Of a DNA stretch of 64,000 bases, positions 47,674 through 58,097 are shown in pieces (position 1 is the first letter of the stretch; the number at the start of each line of letters is the position of its first letter). Below the pieces are notes generated by a model. That model saw only the letters and a list, made by a program, of their open reading frames with translations, made no database searches and was not told the origin of the DNA. Position numbers and translations under genes: made by a program. Source of the stretch: an uncultured Sulfurospirillum sp. (lineage in GTDB: Bacteria > Campylobacterota > Campylobacteria > Campylobacterales > QNZT01); assembly GCA_964573205.1 (NCBI GenBank), contig CAZNIT010000026.1, positions 1 through 64,000 on the forward strand, in the 5' to 3' direction.

Positions 47674-49052
47674 AAATCTTAAGAATTTTACTCTTAATGC
47701 TCGCAGTTTCGACACTTGCTTATGCAAGCGGCGGCGGCGATATAGTTGAGACGATGCGCCATACATATACGGATACGTGGATAGGAATAGCCTGTTTATT
47801 TATATTTATAATCGGTTACTACTTCATAGCGGCCGAAGAGATATATCACATAAACAAAGCGAAACCGGCTCTGTTCATCGGTACCTTTATGTTTATGCTG
47901 ATCGGATTTTATTTCGCTTCCAACGGCTTGGATACCGCACCTTTGCATACGGAGGTGAAACATCTGATATTGGAGATTGCGGAGATATTCTTTTTTCTCT
48001 TTGTCGCGATGACTTTTATAGAAACTTTGATTGATCGTAGAGTATTTGAACGATTAAAATATAATCTTGTTTCAAAAGGTTACAGTTATAAAAAACTTTT
48101 TTGGCTGACCGGAGTTTTGGCATTTTTCATTTCACCGATCGCCGACAACATGACTACCGCGTTAATACTATCGACGGTACTTTTGACGATCGACAAAAAA
48201 AATATGTCGTTTTTGGTACCCGGAGCCGTAAATATAGTCGTCGCCGCAAACGCCGGCGGTGCTTGGAGTCCGTTTGGAGATATTACGACTCTTATGGCAT
48301 GGCAGGCGCAAAAAGCTCATTTTGTCGATTTCTTATATCTTTTTCCGCCATCCTTCATAGGCTGGATAATTACGGCGTATCTTTTAAGTCTCAAGCTCCC
48401 ATCGGGCGAGCCGGATTTTGATCCCTCCACGGAGAAAAAGCCGATTATAAGAAAAGGGGGTCACATAACGATCTATCTGGGAGTTCTAACAATCGCATCG
48501 GCGGTTTTGGGACATCAATATTTCGGTCTTCCTCCGGCATGGGGTATGATGTTCGGTCTATCTTTGTTAAAACTTTACTCATATACCGTGAAAAGATCGG
48601 GAGAGAAGAGTTTCGATATTTATGCTAGTATGAGACTTGTCGAGAACGATACTCTTTTGTTTTTCTTCGGTATTCTAGCGGCCGTAGGTGCGTTGCACTT
48701 TCTGGGATTCTTGGATTACGTTGTCAAATTATATGAGATAATAGGACCTAGTGCGGCGAATATAGGTGTCGGATTTATATCTGCGATAGTTGATAATGTT
48801 CCAGTTATGAGTGCGGTACTGAAAGCGAATCCTCCTATGGGTATAGATCAGTGGCTACTTGTCACTCTGACCGCCGGAATCGGAGGTAGTCTGATCAGTT
48901 TCGGTTCGGCTGCCGGTGTGGGCGTTATGGGAAGAATGAGAGGAATCTATACTTTCGGAGCTCATATGAAGCTTGCTTGGACCATCCTTGTGGGTTATGT
49001 TGTTTCAATGATAATATGGTATATTCAATTTGAATTATTAGGACTTTATTAA
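47670..49052 (+). CDS. NhaD/ArsB-superfamily Na+/H+ antiporter-like membrane transporter
   Basis: 460 aa. About 11-12 TM helices. Signal-like N-terminus. 4-nt overlap with nadB. Confidence 0.6.
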   Translation: MKILRILLLMLAVSTLAYASGGGDIVETMRHTYTDTWIGIACLFIFIIGYYFIAAEEIYHINKAKPALFIGTFMFMLIGFYFASNGLDTAPLHTEVKHLILEIAEIFFFLFVAMTFIETLIDRRVFERLKYNLVSKGYSYKKLFWLTGVLAFFISPIADNMTTALILSTVLLTIDKKNMSFLVPGAVNIVVAANAGGAWSPFGDITTLMAWQAQKAHFVDFLYLFPPSFIGWIITAYLLSLKLPSGEPDFDPSTEKKPIIRKGGHITIYLGVLTIASAVLGHQYFGLPPAWGMMFGLSLLKLYSYTVKRSGEKSFDIYASMRLVENDTLLFFFGILAAVGALHFLGFLDYVVKLYEIIGPSAANIGVGFISAIVDNVPVMSAVLKANPPMGIDQWLLVTLTAGIGGSLISFGSAAGVGVMGRMRGIYTFGAHMKLAWTILVGYVVSMIIWYIQFELLGLY

Positions 49053-49095
49053 CTGGTTTTGGAAGTGAATACAATATTTATAATTAAGGTGGCAG

Positions 49096-50637
49096 ATGAA
49101 AACCGTACCGATCGTCGTTTTGGATTTTGGCTCGCAATATACGCAACTAATAGCTAGAAAACTTCGTGAAGAGGGGATATATTGCGAAATAGTCCCCTTT
49201 AGCGAAGAGATAGAGAAGATAAAAGAGAAAAAACCGAGGGGGATTATCTTAAGCGGCGGTCCCGCATCCGTTTATGCTGATGAAGCGTACCATCCTGATG
49301 CGGAGATTTTTGATCTCGGATTGCCCGTATTGGGAATCTGTTACGGTATGCAGTTGATCACTCAGCATTTCGGCGGAGTCGTTATAGCGGCGGATCATCA
49401 TGAGTATGGTAAGGCGAAACTTATGATCGAAAATAAAGAGTCGCCGATTTTCAAAGATATAGAGGACGGCTCAATTGTCTGGATGAGTCATGGAGATCGT
49501 GTCGATATGCTTCCTGACGAATTTGAGATGATAGGTTATAGCGACAATTCTCCGTATGCCGCAATAGCGAACGAAAAAAAGGGGATCTACGCTTTTCAGT
49601 TTCATCCGGAAGTCCATCACACGAAAGAGGGGACGAAACTTCTTAAAAATTTCGCAAAACATATATGCGAAATCGAAAGCACTTGGAATATGGGTTCGTT
49701 CGCAAAAGAGAAGATTAACGCCATTCGCGAAAAGGTCGGAGATAAAAAGGTTCTTTGCGGTGTCAGCGGCGGTGTTGACAGCTCGGTAGTGGCGACTTTA
49801 CTGTATGAGGCGATAGGCGATCAACTCGTTCCGATTTTTGTCGATCAGGGGCTTCTAAGAGCTGGCGAGAGAGAGCAGGTTGAGGCAATGTTCAAGCAGC
49901 GTGTGGGAATCGATTTGATTACCGTTGACGCTACCGACGAGTTTTTGGATAATTTAAAAGGTGTGAGTGATCCAGAAGAGAAAAGAAAAATAATAGGTGA
50001 AACATTTATAAGGGTTTTTGATAGAGAAGCAAAAAGACACGAAGGTATTGAGTTTTTGGCACAAGGAACTCTATATACGGATGTTATAGAGTCCGTTTGT
50101 GTAAAAGGTCCTTCAAAAACCATCAAGTCTCATCATAATGTAGGAGGACTTCCTGAGTGGATGACTTTTGAGCTTATAGAACCTCTTCGTGAAATTTTTA
50201 AAGATGAAGTGAGAAAACTGGGACTTGAGCTCGGTCTTCCTAAAGATATGCTCGGGCGTCATCCGTTTCCGGGTCCCGGTCTTGCTATTCGTATTATGGG
50301 TGAAGTTACGCCGAATGAATTAAGACTTCTAAGAGAGTCGGATACGATCATGCAAGAGGAGCTTAAAGCTTGGGGCTATTACGATAAAGTATGGCAGGCG
50401 TTTACGGTAGTTTTAAATGTAAAAAGTGTAGGCGTGATGGGAGACAACAGAACATACGACAATACGGTCTGTGTTAGGATGGTAGAGTCCGTTGACGGAA
50501 TGACCGCCACTTTCGCGCATATTCCTCATGATCTTTTAGAGAGTATCAGTACTAGAATAATAAACGAAGTTGATGGCATTAACAGAGTGGTTTACGATAT
50601 AACTTCAAAACCTCCGGGAACGATAGAGTGGGAGTAG
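49096..50637 (+). CDS. guaA: GMP synthase (glutamine-hydrolysing)
   Basis: 513 aa. GATase domain (ICYGMQ) plus PP-loop SGGVDSSV. C-terminus ...KPPGTIEWE. Confidence 0.95.
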   Translation: MKTVPIVVLDFGSQYTQLIARKLREEGIYCEIVPFSEEIEKIKEKKPRGIILSGGPASVYADEAYHPDAEIFDLGLPVLGICYGMQLITQHFGGVVIAADHHEYGKAKLMIENKESPIFKDIEDGSIVWMSHGDRVDMLPDEFEMIGYSDNSPYAAIANEKKGIYAFQFHPEVHHTKEGTKLLKNFAKHICEIESTWNMGSFAKEKINAIREKVGDKKVLCGVSGGVDSSVVATLLYEAIGDQLVPIFVDQGLLRAGEREQVEAMFKQRVGIDLITVDATDEFLDNLKGVSDPEEKRKIIGETFIRVFDREAKRHEGIEFLAQGTLYTDVIESVCVKGPSKTIKSHHNVGGLPEWMTFELIEPLREIFKDEVRKLGLELGLPKDMLGRHPFPGPGLAIRIMGEVTPNELRLLRESDTIMQEELKAWGYYDKVWQAFTVVLNVKSVGVMGDNRTYDNTVCVRMVESVDGMTATFAHIPHDLLESISTRIINEVDGINRVVYDITSKPPGTIEWE

Positions 50638-50641
50638 TAAA

Positions 50642-51565
50642 ATGATTAGAGATTTTTTTAAAATTTTTATTTTAGTCGCTATTATGTTCGCATCATCATA
50701 CGGTGGCGGATCAGAGGGTAAATTTGAGACATTTTATGAAAAAACGCTCAAACCCTCTTTTGAAAGGCTAAAACCTCTTCAGGATTTCGCTAAAAAACGT
50801 CAAAACGTTTATATAGCCTCGGGTGTCGTCGCGATCGTGGTGTTTGCGCTTTTTGTCAAATATTTCAAACTTTTAGGCGCGGTTGTAGCTCTTCTAATGA
50901 TTGCCGGCGGCGTATATTATTTAAAGTCGATAGAATCGGCGGTAAATCCGTATAAAAAGGCTTTTTATGAAAAGATAGTTTCAAAAATAGGAGATTTTTG
51001 TTGCGGATACGAATATATAAACGATTCTATCACTCAAGAAGAGATAATCGGTTCGAAACTTTTTTCTCCGAAAATAAAAGATTATAAAAGTGACGGAATC
51101 TATCTCAAAGAGGGAGTTAAATTCGGTTATGCGAATATAGATTTCGATACGAACGAGGATGAATCGGTGGAGAGATTTGCGGAGAATGTTTTTAAAGGTT
51201 TCGTAATCGTGATCAATCAAAAAAACGACGAGAACGGAGTTATCGTATCGCAGAGCTTTAAAGAGAGAGTTGCGGATATAGATCCCGAATTCAACGCATT
51301 TTTCTCTCCTTTGCCAAGAGGGGATAAAAAAGCCGGTTTTGAAATATACGGTAAAATAGACAGCAGTAAGATACCGCATCTTCATATGCTCTCTTATAGA
51401 GAAATCGCTCTGGCTTTCACGAAAGAGAAGACTTATATTTATTACTATTACGCAGTAAATCCTTTGAGTGCTTCCGTATATGAAGATTTTTCTCTAAAAG
51501 ATGCCAAATCTATCGAATCGACGTTTAAGGAGATCGATTCGCTTGTTGAAATCGTAAAGAAATGA
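50642..51565 (+). CDS. Hypothetical membrane-associated protein
   Basis: 307 aa. Two TM helices (aa ~8-25 and ~57-95). No recognisable catalytic motif. Confidence 0.5.
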   Translation: MIRDFFKIFILVAIMFASSYGGGSEGKFETFYEKTLKPSFERLKPLQDFAKKRQNVYIASGVVAIVVFALFVKYFKLLGAVVALLMIAGGVYYLKSIESAVNPYKKAFYEKIVSKIGDFCCGYEYINDSITQEEIIGSKLFSPKIKDYKSDGIYLKEGVKFGYANIDFDTNEDESVERFAENVFKGFVIVINQKNDENGVIVSQSFKERVADIDPEFNAFFSPLPRGDKKAGFEIYGKIDSSKIPHLHMLSYREIALAFTKEKTYIYYYYAVNPLSASVYEDFSLKDAKSIESTFKEIDSLVEIVKK

Positions 51566-52215
51566 GTGAGATTTATATTTTAAGCGAAAAACGGTTCAAA
51601 GGTGCCAAAAATCTTCCCGTTATCGTTTTCGACTATTATGACGAAAAAGTCGATTTGTCGCCTTATGATGCTCTGATTTTCACTTCCAAAAACGGTGTTT
51701 TAGCTCTTGATAGAGTCTCCTCCGACTGGAGAAAGTATCCTGTTTTCTCGATCGGTAGCGCAACGAGCGAAACGGTAAGAGAGCTCGGCGGTAAGGTTGT
51801 TTACGAGGCTAGAAGCTCTTACGGCGACAATTTCGCACAAGAGATAAAAAGAGAGCTTAAAAATAGAAGAGTTCTTTTTATACGAGCTAAAGTCGTCACA
51901 TCTTCGTTGAATTTTATATTAAGAGAATCCGGTGTTATTCTGGATGAGAAGATCCTTTATGAAACCGTATGTAACGATTGTAAAAAACTCAAACAACCTC
52001 CTTTGGGCTCATATATAATTTTCTCTTCGCCGTCCACGATTTCTTGTTTCTTTAAATGTTTTGAATGGCAAGCAAGCTATACGGCCGTGGTTATCGGCGA
52101 GAAAACGGCTTCGTTTATGCCTAAAAGTTTAGAATATGTTTTGTCGAAAAAGCAGACGATCTCTTCATGTATAGCCTTGGCTAAAGAAAATATTACTAAA
52201 AAACGTAAAAAATAA
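51562..52215 (+). CDS. hemD: Uroporphyrinogen-III synthase-like protein (HemD)
   Basis: 217 aa. Bipartite layout with DALIFTSKNGV and YIIFSSPSTI motifs typical of short HemD proteins. Confidence 0.55.
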   Translation: MSEIYILSEKRFKGAKNLPVIVFDYYDEKVDLSPYDALIFTSKNGVLALDRVSSDWRKYPVFSIGSATSETVRELGGKVVYEARSSYGDNFAQEIKRELKNRRVLFIRAKVVTSSLNFILRESGVILDEKILYETVCNDCKKLKQPPLGSYIIFSSPSTISCFFKCFEWQASYTAVVIGEKTASFMPKSLEYVLSKKQTISSCIALAKENITKKRKK

Positions 52216-52296
52216 ACCTTTTTTTTAGCTTTTAATCTTTTATTAATATAAATATCTATAAAATACAAAAGTTTAATATATTTAATAATATAAAGA

Positions 52297-52650
52297 TTGG
52301 AGTTAAATAATTTTATGGAATCGACACAAAGCATATTTGTCAAGGCGCTTGAAAACGATAAATATAGTGAGGCGACTCAGCTTTATTTGGCAAAATGGCA
52401 AAAACGTAGTAAAACGGACGAACGAGAAGAAAACGTATATAAAGGTTTTGTAAACGCCGCAGCGACTTTCGATCTGATAATGAAAGGTAAATACAAAGCC
52501 GCAAAAAGAGTCTGGCGAATATATGAAAAGTACAGACCTTTGATAAATGAAGATATGGAACATTACAGATATTTACAAAAAGCCGACAAAGTGCTTCTTA
52601 GATTAAAAAGAAAATATAAAAAAGTTTTCGATACCGAAAAATATAAATAA
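52297..52650 (+). CDS. Hypothetical basic protein
   Basis: 117 aa. Lys-rich. No recognised motifs. Confidence 0.4.
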   Translation: MELNNFMESTQSIFVKALENDKYSEATQLYLAKWQKRSKTDEREENVYKGFVNAAATFDLIMKGKYKAAKRVWRIYEKYRPLINEDMEHYRYLQKADKVLLRLKRKYKKVFDTEKYK

Positions 52651-52699
52651 ATCCAACTATTTTTGATATAATTCAACCAAAAAATAGGAAGGTTGAATT

Positions 52700-53410
52700 A
52701 TGGGAAGAGCTTTCGAATATAGAAGAGCTGCAAAAGAGAAACGCTGGGATAAGATGTCGAAAATCTTTCCCCGTCTCGCAAAATCTATTACTATGGCCGC
52801 TAAAGAGGGCGGCGGTGATCCCGATATGAATCCCAAACTTCGAGCCGCTATCCAAAACGCCAAAGCTCAAAATATGCCGAAAGAAAATATCGAATCGGCA
52901 ATCAAGAGAGCTCTTGGAAAAGATGCCGATCAAATTCAAGAGGTTCATTATGAAGGCAAGGGACCTCACGGTGCTCTTATCATCGTAGAATGTGCAACCG
53001 ACAACAATACAAGAACGGTCGCCAATATCAAATCTTATTTTAATAAAAACGGCGGTGAACCTTTGAACAAAGGTTCACTCGATTTTATGTTTACTAGAAA
53101 AAGCGTTATCGAGTTTGATGAGAAAGAGGGAATGGATCTTGAGGAGATCGAGCTTGAACTTATAGACGCCGGACTTGAAGAGATGGAGGTTGAAGAGGGT
53201 GTCGTAACCCTTTATGCCCCGTTTGGAAGTTTCGGAGCACTCAATAAAGCGGTCGAAGATCTCGGTATAGAAGTGAAGAAAGCTTCTCTCAAATATATAC
53301 CCAACTCTCCCGTCTCTTTTAGTGAAGAGCAGTTAAGCGATATAGAGAAGCTAATAGACAAAATTGAAGAGGATGACGACGTTCAGGCAGTCTATACGAA
53401 CATAGAGTGA
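52700..53410 (+). CDS. yebC: YebC/PmpR-family transcriptional regulatory protein
   Basis: 236 aa. [23 protein letters not shown]...[15 protein letters not shown] is a near-canonical YebC N-terminus. Confidence 0.9.
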   Translation: MGRAFEYRRAAKEKRWDKMSKIFPRLAKSITMAAKEGGGDPDMNPKLRAAIQNAKAQNMPKENIESAIKRALGKDADQIQEVHYEGKGPHGALIIVECATDNNTRTVANIKSYFNKNGGEPLNKGSLDFMFTRKSVIEFDEKEGMDLEEIELELIDAGLEEMEVEEGVVTLYAPFGSFGALNKAVEDLGIEVKKASLKYIPNSPVSFSEEQLSDIEKLIDKIEEDDDVQAVYTNIE

Positions 53411-53419
53411 TATATAAAG

Positions 53420-53454
53420 ATCCTTCCTCTCTTATCTTTCGAAAGAAGAAGGAT
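53420..53454. terminator. Hairpin between convergent yebC (+) and small secreted-protein gene (-)
   Basis: ATCCTTCCTC ... GAAGAAGGAT (10-bp stem, 1 mismatch, ~15-nt loop). Confidence 0.4.
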
Positions 53455-53468
53455 GTAAAATACTCTAT

Positions 53469-53819
53469 CTATTTATAGGGTATGACTCTGACGTTTAATT
53501 TTATATCTTCCAAATTTATGTCAACTTTCTCTTTTAGCGGAATTTTCGCTTTTTGTTTGTGAAACTTTCCGTTTAGAGTAAGATTCGTATAAAGAGTTAC
53601 GATACCGTTTTTCTCTTCATCTACCTGCATAAGTAGTTCATAGCTGTTTTTTCCAACTTTAGCTTCCGCTGATCCGGCCTGTTTGAAAGGTGCTATGATC
53701 GACGGCGAATCTATCACCTTTTTATTTTTGATAATCTGTGTCTCTATCATATAAGAGTTTGCGGCAAAAAGGATCGTAGCACTTGCAGTCGATAAAAGTG
53801 CGAATAAAATTTTTTTCAT
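53469..53819 (-). CDS. Small secreted/periplasmic hypothetical protein
   Basis: 116 aa. Signal peptide MKKILFALLSTASATILFA. Confidence 0.5.
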   Translation of the reverse strand: MKKILFALLSTASATILFAANSYMIETQIIKNKKVIDSPSIIAPFKQAGSAEAKVGKNSYELLMQVDEEKNGIVTLYTNLTLNGKFHKQKAKIPLKEKVDINLEDIKLNVRVIPYK

Positions 53820-53881
53820 AAATTACCTCCGAAAAAATAAAATGTTATGATATATTTTTAAAACAAACGGATAGTTAACGG

Positions 53882-55828
53882 TTAAAATATATTCAACTCA
53901 ATTAGGAGTTCGGAAAAAACTTTTGCCCTAGTTTTATCGTTTTTAAGCATTTTCTCGACTACTTGTGAAAGTTTATGGTCTAAAACTCCTTTTAAGGATA
54001 TCCTCTTTTTAGAATCTTTCGGAGAAAAATCGACAACAAGCTTGTATGGACTCTCATTAAAAATAGACCTATAAATTTTTTCGCCGAAATCAAATATCTC
54101 AAAAGCTTCGACGGATTTAGTTTTCGGTTTTGAGCTTAGTTTGATCTTCATTTGGGTTTTTTTACAGACATATTGCGCATAGTAGTTAAAACTCATCATA
54201 AAAGCCAAAGCGCCGGCCGAGTAATTTGATAAAACTCTTGAGTGAAAATGTTCGAAACTTTCGTTTTTGGTTTTCAGCATCCGGTACTGTTCTATCAACA
54301 TCTCTAAAAATAGATGAGTATATTTAAGCGGAATCGCCTTTAAGATTGTTTTCGCCTCTTTACTCTCGTTTAGCATCTTTCCGCCAAGAAGTATATCGAC
54401 TCCGGGTACGCTTTTTGAATCGATTTTCGCCTTACATCCTAAAAGACCTATATCGCCCATCTGATGAATTCCGCATCCCTTTACGCAAGCCGACCAGTAG
54501 ATTCTTATCTTCGCATCTTTCATATCAAATCTCTTTCCAAGATACTCGCTCACATAAATCGCATCCGATTTGCCTTTGATAACGCCGAACGAGCAGGTAT
54601 CGCTACCCGCGCATGAGATTAAATGATTGAAAAAGGGAGTGTTTATATTTTTATATCTTTCAAAAAGCTTCTCTTTTAAAACCGAATTTATATCCTCTTT
54701 TTCTATTCCCGTTATATAGAGATTTTGATCGATGCTCAGTCTGATATCTTTACCGTATCTTTTGGCTATATTTGAAGCTTCACTCATAGAATCTGCGTCG
54801 AAAATTCCGGCGGGTATGTTTACATGTAGTGCGAATTTAGCGTTTTTTTGCATGATCTTTCCATATATACCCTCATGGTGATCTAGCTGCACCAAGGACT
54901 CTCCCGCCGTCTCGTACTCAAAGCCGCTTTGCTCTTTTACGGCATCTGTCAATGTTTTCATTCCGACGGCTTCGATAAAAAAGTGCAGACGATTTTTGTT
55001 TCTGTTATCTTTGAAACCGTATTCTTTAAAGATATTTATAAGAGTCTCGTAAAACGACAAAACCTCTTTTTCGTCTTTTAAAAATATATCCGCGTTTTTC
55101 GCGATCGCGCCCACACGGCCGCCCAAATAGACATTGTAACCGTAAATTCCCTCTTTTTGAGCCAGACCGAAGCAGCAGTCATGAGCGAAAAGATTACATC
55201 TGTTGGCGAAACTGCCGGAGATGGAAGTGTTGAACTTTCTAGGAAGCGTTCCCGTCCATTCGTCCTTTTTTAAAAATATCTCCTGCATTTTCAAAAGCAG
55301 GGGATAGCTATCTATGACGCTATCGAAACTAAGTCCCTCGAGCGGATCGCAGACGATATTTCTAAGATTGTCCATACCCGTTTGATGTGTGGTTATTCCT
55401 ACACTCTCAAGCTCTTCCAAGACAAAAGGTATATCTTCGATTTTAAGATATCTAAGCTCAATCTGCATACGGGTTGTGATATCTATATGGCTGTTGCCGA
55501 ATTTTTTGGCAACTTCGCCGATTTTTGCCGCTTGTGCGGGATCCAATACTCCGCCCGGGATTCTGACACGAAGCATAAAGTGGTTTTTGCCGTTTGGCTT
55601 TTCTTTGTCGAATACACCCAAATATTTAAAAAGTACCGCTTTATCCTCTTTTTGTATTGAGTCGTATCCCTTTTTTGCACACTCTTTGAGTCGAAGAAGT
55701 GCATCTTTTGGAGTGTAAAGCTCTTTTATTTTCTGCGTTTTATTGATTCTTGAATTTCTTGATTCACTTATGGTTTTAATTTTCCGTATCATTCTTACTT
55801 CTTTCTTTATAGGTCGTTTTTTCTTCAA
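53882..55828 (-). CDS. nirA: Ferredoxin-nitrite/sulfite reductase-family siroheme/[4Fe-4S] hemoprotein (NirA-like)
   Basis: 648 aa. Cys cluster SCAGSDTCSFG ... SACVKGCG (C-x5-C ... C-x3-C). Annotated start overlaps the molybdoenzyme gene by 53 nt. Met13 (nt 55792) is an alternative start. Confidence 0.7.
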   Translation of the reverse strand: MKKKRPIKKEVRMIRKIKTISESRNSRINKTQKIKELYTPKDALLRLKECAKKGYDSIQKEDKAVLFKYLGVFDKEKPNGKNHFMLRVRIPGGVLDPAQAAKIGEVAKKFGNSHIDITTRMQIELRYLKIEDIPFVLEELESVGITTHQTGMDNLRNIVCDPLEGLSFDSVIDSYPLLLKMQEIFLKKDEWTGTLPRKFNTSISGSFANRCNLFAHDCCFGLAQKEGIYGYNVYLGGRVGAIAKNADIFLKDEKEVLSFYETLINIFKEYGFKDNRNKNRLHFFIEAVGMKTLTDAVKEQSGFEYETAGESLVQLDHHEGIYGKIMQKNAKFALHVNIPAGIFDADSMSEASNIAKRYGKDIRLSIDQNLYITGIEKEDINSVLKEKLFERYKNINTPFFNHLISCAGSDTCSFGVIKGKSDAIYVSEYLGKRFDMKDAKIRIYWSACVKGCGIHQMGDIGLLGCKAKIDSKSVPGVDILLGGKMLNESKEAKTILKAIPLKYTHLFLEMLIEQYRMLKTKNESFEHFHSRVLSNYSAGALAFMMSFNYYAQYVCKKTQMKIKLSSKPKTKSVEAFEIFDFGEKIYRSIFNESPYKLVVDFSPKDSKKRISLKGVLDHKLSQVVEKMLKNDKTRAKVFSELLIELNIF

Positions 55829-58097
55829 GCGTAGCGGCGTTTTTCCGGTAGGAGATCTCTCCCGCTATCTCTTTATCTTTAATGACTATTCCCTCAGGAA
55901 CTTTTCGGCTTTTTATCTGTACTGCGCACTGTTTGAAATTGGGTTCGAAAGAGTATGGATCGAACTCGTCAACGGTAAGATCGTTTATCGGTTTATCCGC
56001 AAAATGAAAAGGAACGAAGCAAGTTCCCTCTCTCACGCACTCCGTAACTTTTACCAAAAGATCATCGATGCTTCCTCTTTTTGAACTGATCGTTATTTTA
56101 TCGCCGCTTTTTACTTGAAGCTTTCGAGCATCTTTGGGATTTATCTCACACCAGCTCTTTGGAGCCAGATCATTTAAAATTCGTATGTTTTTAGTTTTTG
56201 TTCTCGTATGCCACTGTTCAACCGTTCTTCCCGTATTAAGAGTGAGGGGAAAATCACCGCTTGATTGTTCTTTTAAGCTTTTGTACTCGACACAAAGAAG
56301 GTTCGCCTTGCCGTTAGGTGTCGCAAAATCGATATCATCGCTATAGAGTCTCTTTTTTCCTTTAGGATACTTTTGGTTGCAAGGCCATTGAATACCTCCC
56401 CTCTTTTCCAAAAGCTCGTAACTCATACCGCTGTAATCGCATAATCTTCCTCTGCTTACCTCTTTGATCTCTTCAAATATATCTTCGGGAGTTTTAAAAT
56501 CTTTGAACAGCATCTCGTAAATACCGTCAAAATATTTCGAGAACTCTATGACTATATTTGCGTCGCTCATCGAGTCGGCATAAGGCTTTAGCGCCTGTTT
56601 GGCAAGATTGCAGCGTCTCTCCGAATTTGTATATACTCCCTCTTTTTCACTCCAAGTAGCGGCGGCGAAAATTACATCCGCCTCTTTTGCACTTTCGCTC
56701 ATAAAAGCGTCTTGTACTACCATGATCTCAAGTTTTTTCAAGGCTTTTTTTAACTTCTTTTGATTCGGATAACTTACAAACGGGTTTGTCGCGGTTATCC
56801 AAAGCGCTTTTATCTCGCCCTTATCGATCGCTTCAATGATCTGAGGATATGAGTATCCGCGGCTTTGCGGAATAAGTTCTTCGGAAATATTCCATATCTT
56901 GGCAAGCTCTTGTCTATCTTTTTTTGAAGAGAAGTCTCTATATCCCGGCATTGAAGAGGTAAATCCGAACTCTCTGGTTCCCATCGCGTTGCATTGTCCC
57001 GTTATGGAAAAAGGAGCCGCTCCTTTTTTGCCGATATTTCCGGTAATTAAAGCTAGATTGTTGATAGCGCTTACCGTATCCGTACCGATCGAGCTTTGGT
57101 TCACTCCCATCGTCCACGCGCTCAAGGCTCTGTTCGCACCGGCATAGACTCTAGCGATCTCGTATAGAGTTTTTATGTCGATTCCCGTGATTTGTGCCAC
57201 ATCTTGGGGCGGATATTTTGTTAATATATGTTTTTTAAACTTCTTGTATCCGTTTGTACGCTCTTTTATGAATTTTTCATCTTCCCACCCCTGCTCGAAG
57301 ATGATATAACATAGACCGTTTATAAGAGCCAAGTCGGTTCTTGGTTTGATCGGGACGAAAATATCGGCCATATTCGCGGTTTTGGAGTATCTTGGATCTA
57401 TGACGATGATTGTCGGTTTTTTGCCGGTTATCTTTTTGTTTTTTGCTATATGAAGTTTTAAAATAGGATGGTTGTCGGCAATATTGGCTCCTATTAGCAT
57501 GATCGTATCCGCATGTGAAAAATCTTCATAACTAGCGGGCGGTCCGTCACTTCCGAAGCTATGTTTATACCCCATAACGGCACTTGCCATACAAAGTGTC
57601 GTATTTCCGCAATAGTTGTTCGTTCCAAGCCCGAGTTGGACGAATTTTCCAAGAGTATAAAAATCTTCGGTTAGAAATTGTCCCGTCGATATAACCGCGA
57701 TAGCTTTTTTACCGTACCTTTTTTGAATCTCTTTAAATTTTTCACTTGTGTGTCTAAACGCTTCATCCCATGAGACTTCGGTCAATTTATCCTCTTTTTT
57801 GATCATGGGAGATTTTATTCTATCAAACGAGTGAACCATTTTATGTTCACTAACTCCTTTTGGACAGAGTGTTCCCATATTCACGGGATGAGCCGGATCG
57901 CCTTTGGTATAGACGGCTTTATCATCTTTTACGCCGATATATAGACCGCATCCGACACCGCAGTATCCGCAAGTGGATCGAATCCAGCGCTCGGGTTTTT
58001 TAGCTTTGGCGACTTTACCGAACATCTCATCGTCTATAAGCGCGTATTTGTCGTTTTTTATATCTAAGCCCAAAATTTTTTTTATTTTATCTATCAT
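55776..58097 (-). CDS. nasA: Assimilatory nitrate reductase-type molybdopterin (bis-MGD) oxidoreductase catalytic subunit, no Tat signal
   Basis: 773 aa. N-terminal CGYCGVGCG...HPVNMGTLCPKG [4Fe-4S] motif like NasA/NarB. No twin-arginine motif, so cytoplasmic. Confidence 0.75.
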   Translation of the reverse strand: MIDKIKKILGLDIKNDKYALIDDEMFGKVAKAKKPERWIRSTCGYCGVGCGLYIGVKDDKAVYTKGDPAHPVNMGTLCPKGVSEHKMVHSFDRIKSPMIKKEDKLTEVSWDEAFRHTSEKFKEIQKRYGKKAIAVISTGQFLTEDFYTLGKFVQLGLGTNNYCGNTTLCMASAVMGYKHSFGSDGPPASYEDFSHADTIMLIGANIADNHPILKLHIAKNKKITGKKPTIIVIDPRYSKTANMADIFVPIKPRTDLALINGLCYIIFEQGWEDEKFIKERTNGYKKFKKHILTKYPPQDVAQITGIDIKTLYEIARVYAGANRALSAWTMGVNQSSIGTDTVSAINNLALITGNIGKKGAAPFSITGQCNAMGTREFGFTSSMPGYRDFSSKKDRQELAKIWNISEELIPQSRGYSYPQIIEAIDKGEIKALWITATNPFVSYPNQKKLKKALKKLEIMVVQDAFMSESAKEADVIFAAATWSEKEGVYTNSERRCNLAKQALKPYADSMSDANIVIEFSKYFDGIYEMLFKDFKTPEDIFEEIKEVSRGRLCDYSGMSYELLEKRGGIQWPCNQKYPKGKKRLYSDDIDFATPNGKANLLCVEYKSLKEQSSGDFPLTLNTGRTVEQWHTRTKTKNIRILNDLAPKSWCEINPKDARKLQVKSGDKITISSKRGSIDDLLVKVTECVREGTCFVPFHFADKPINDLTVDEFDPYSFEPNFKQCAVQIKSRKVPEGIVIKDKEIAGEISYRKNAATLEEKTTYKERSKNDTEN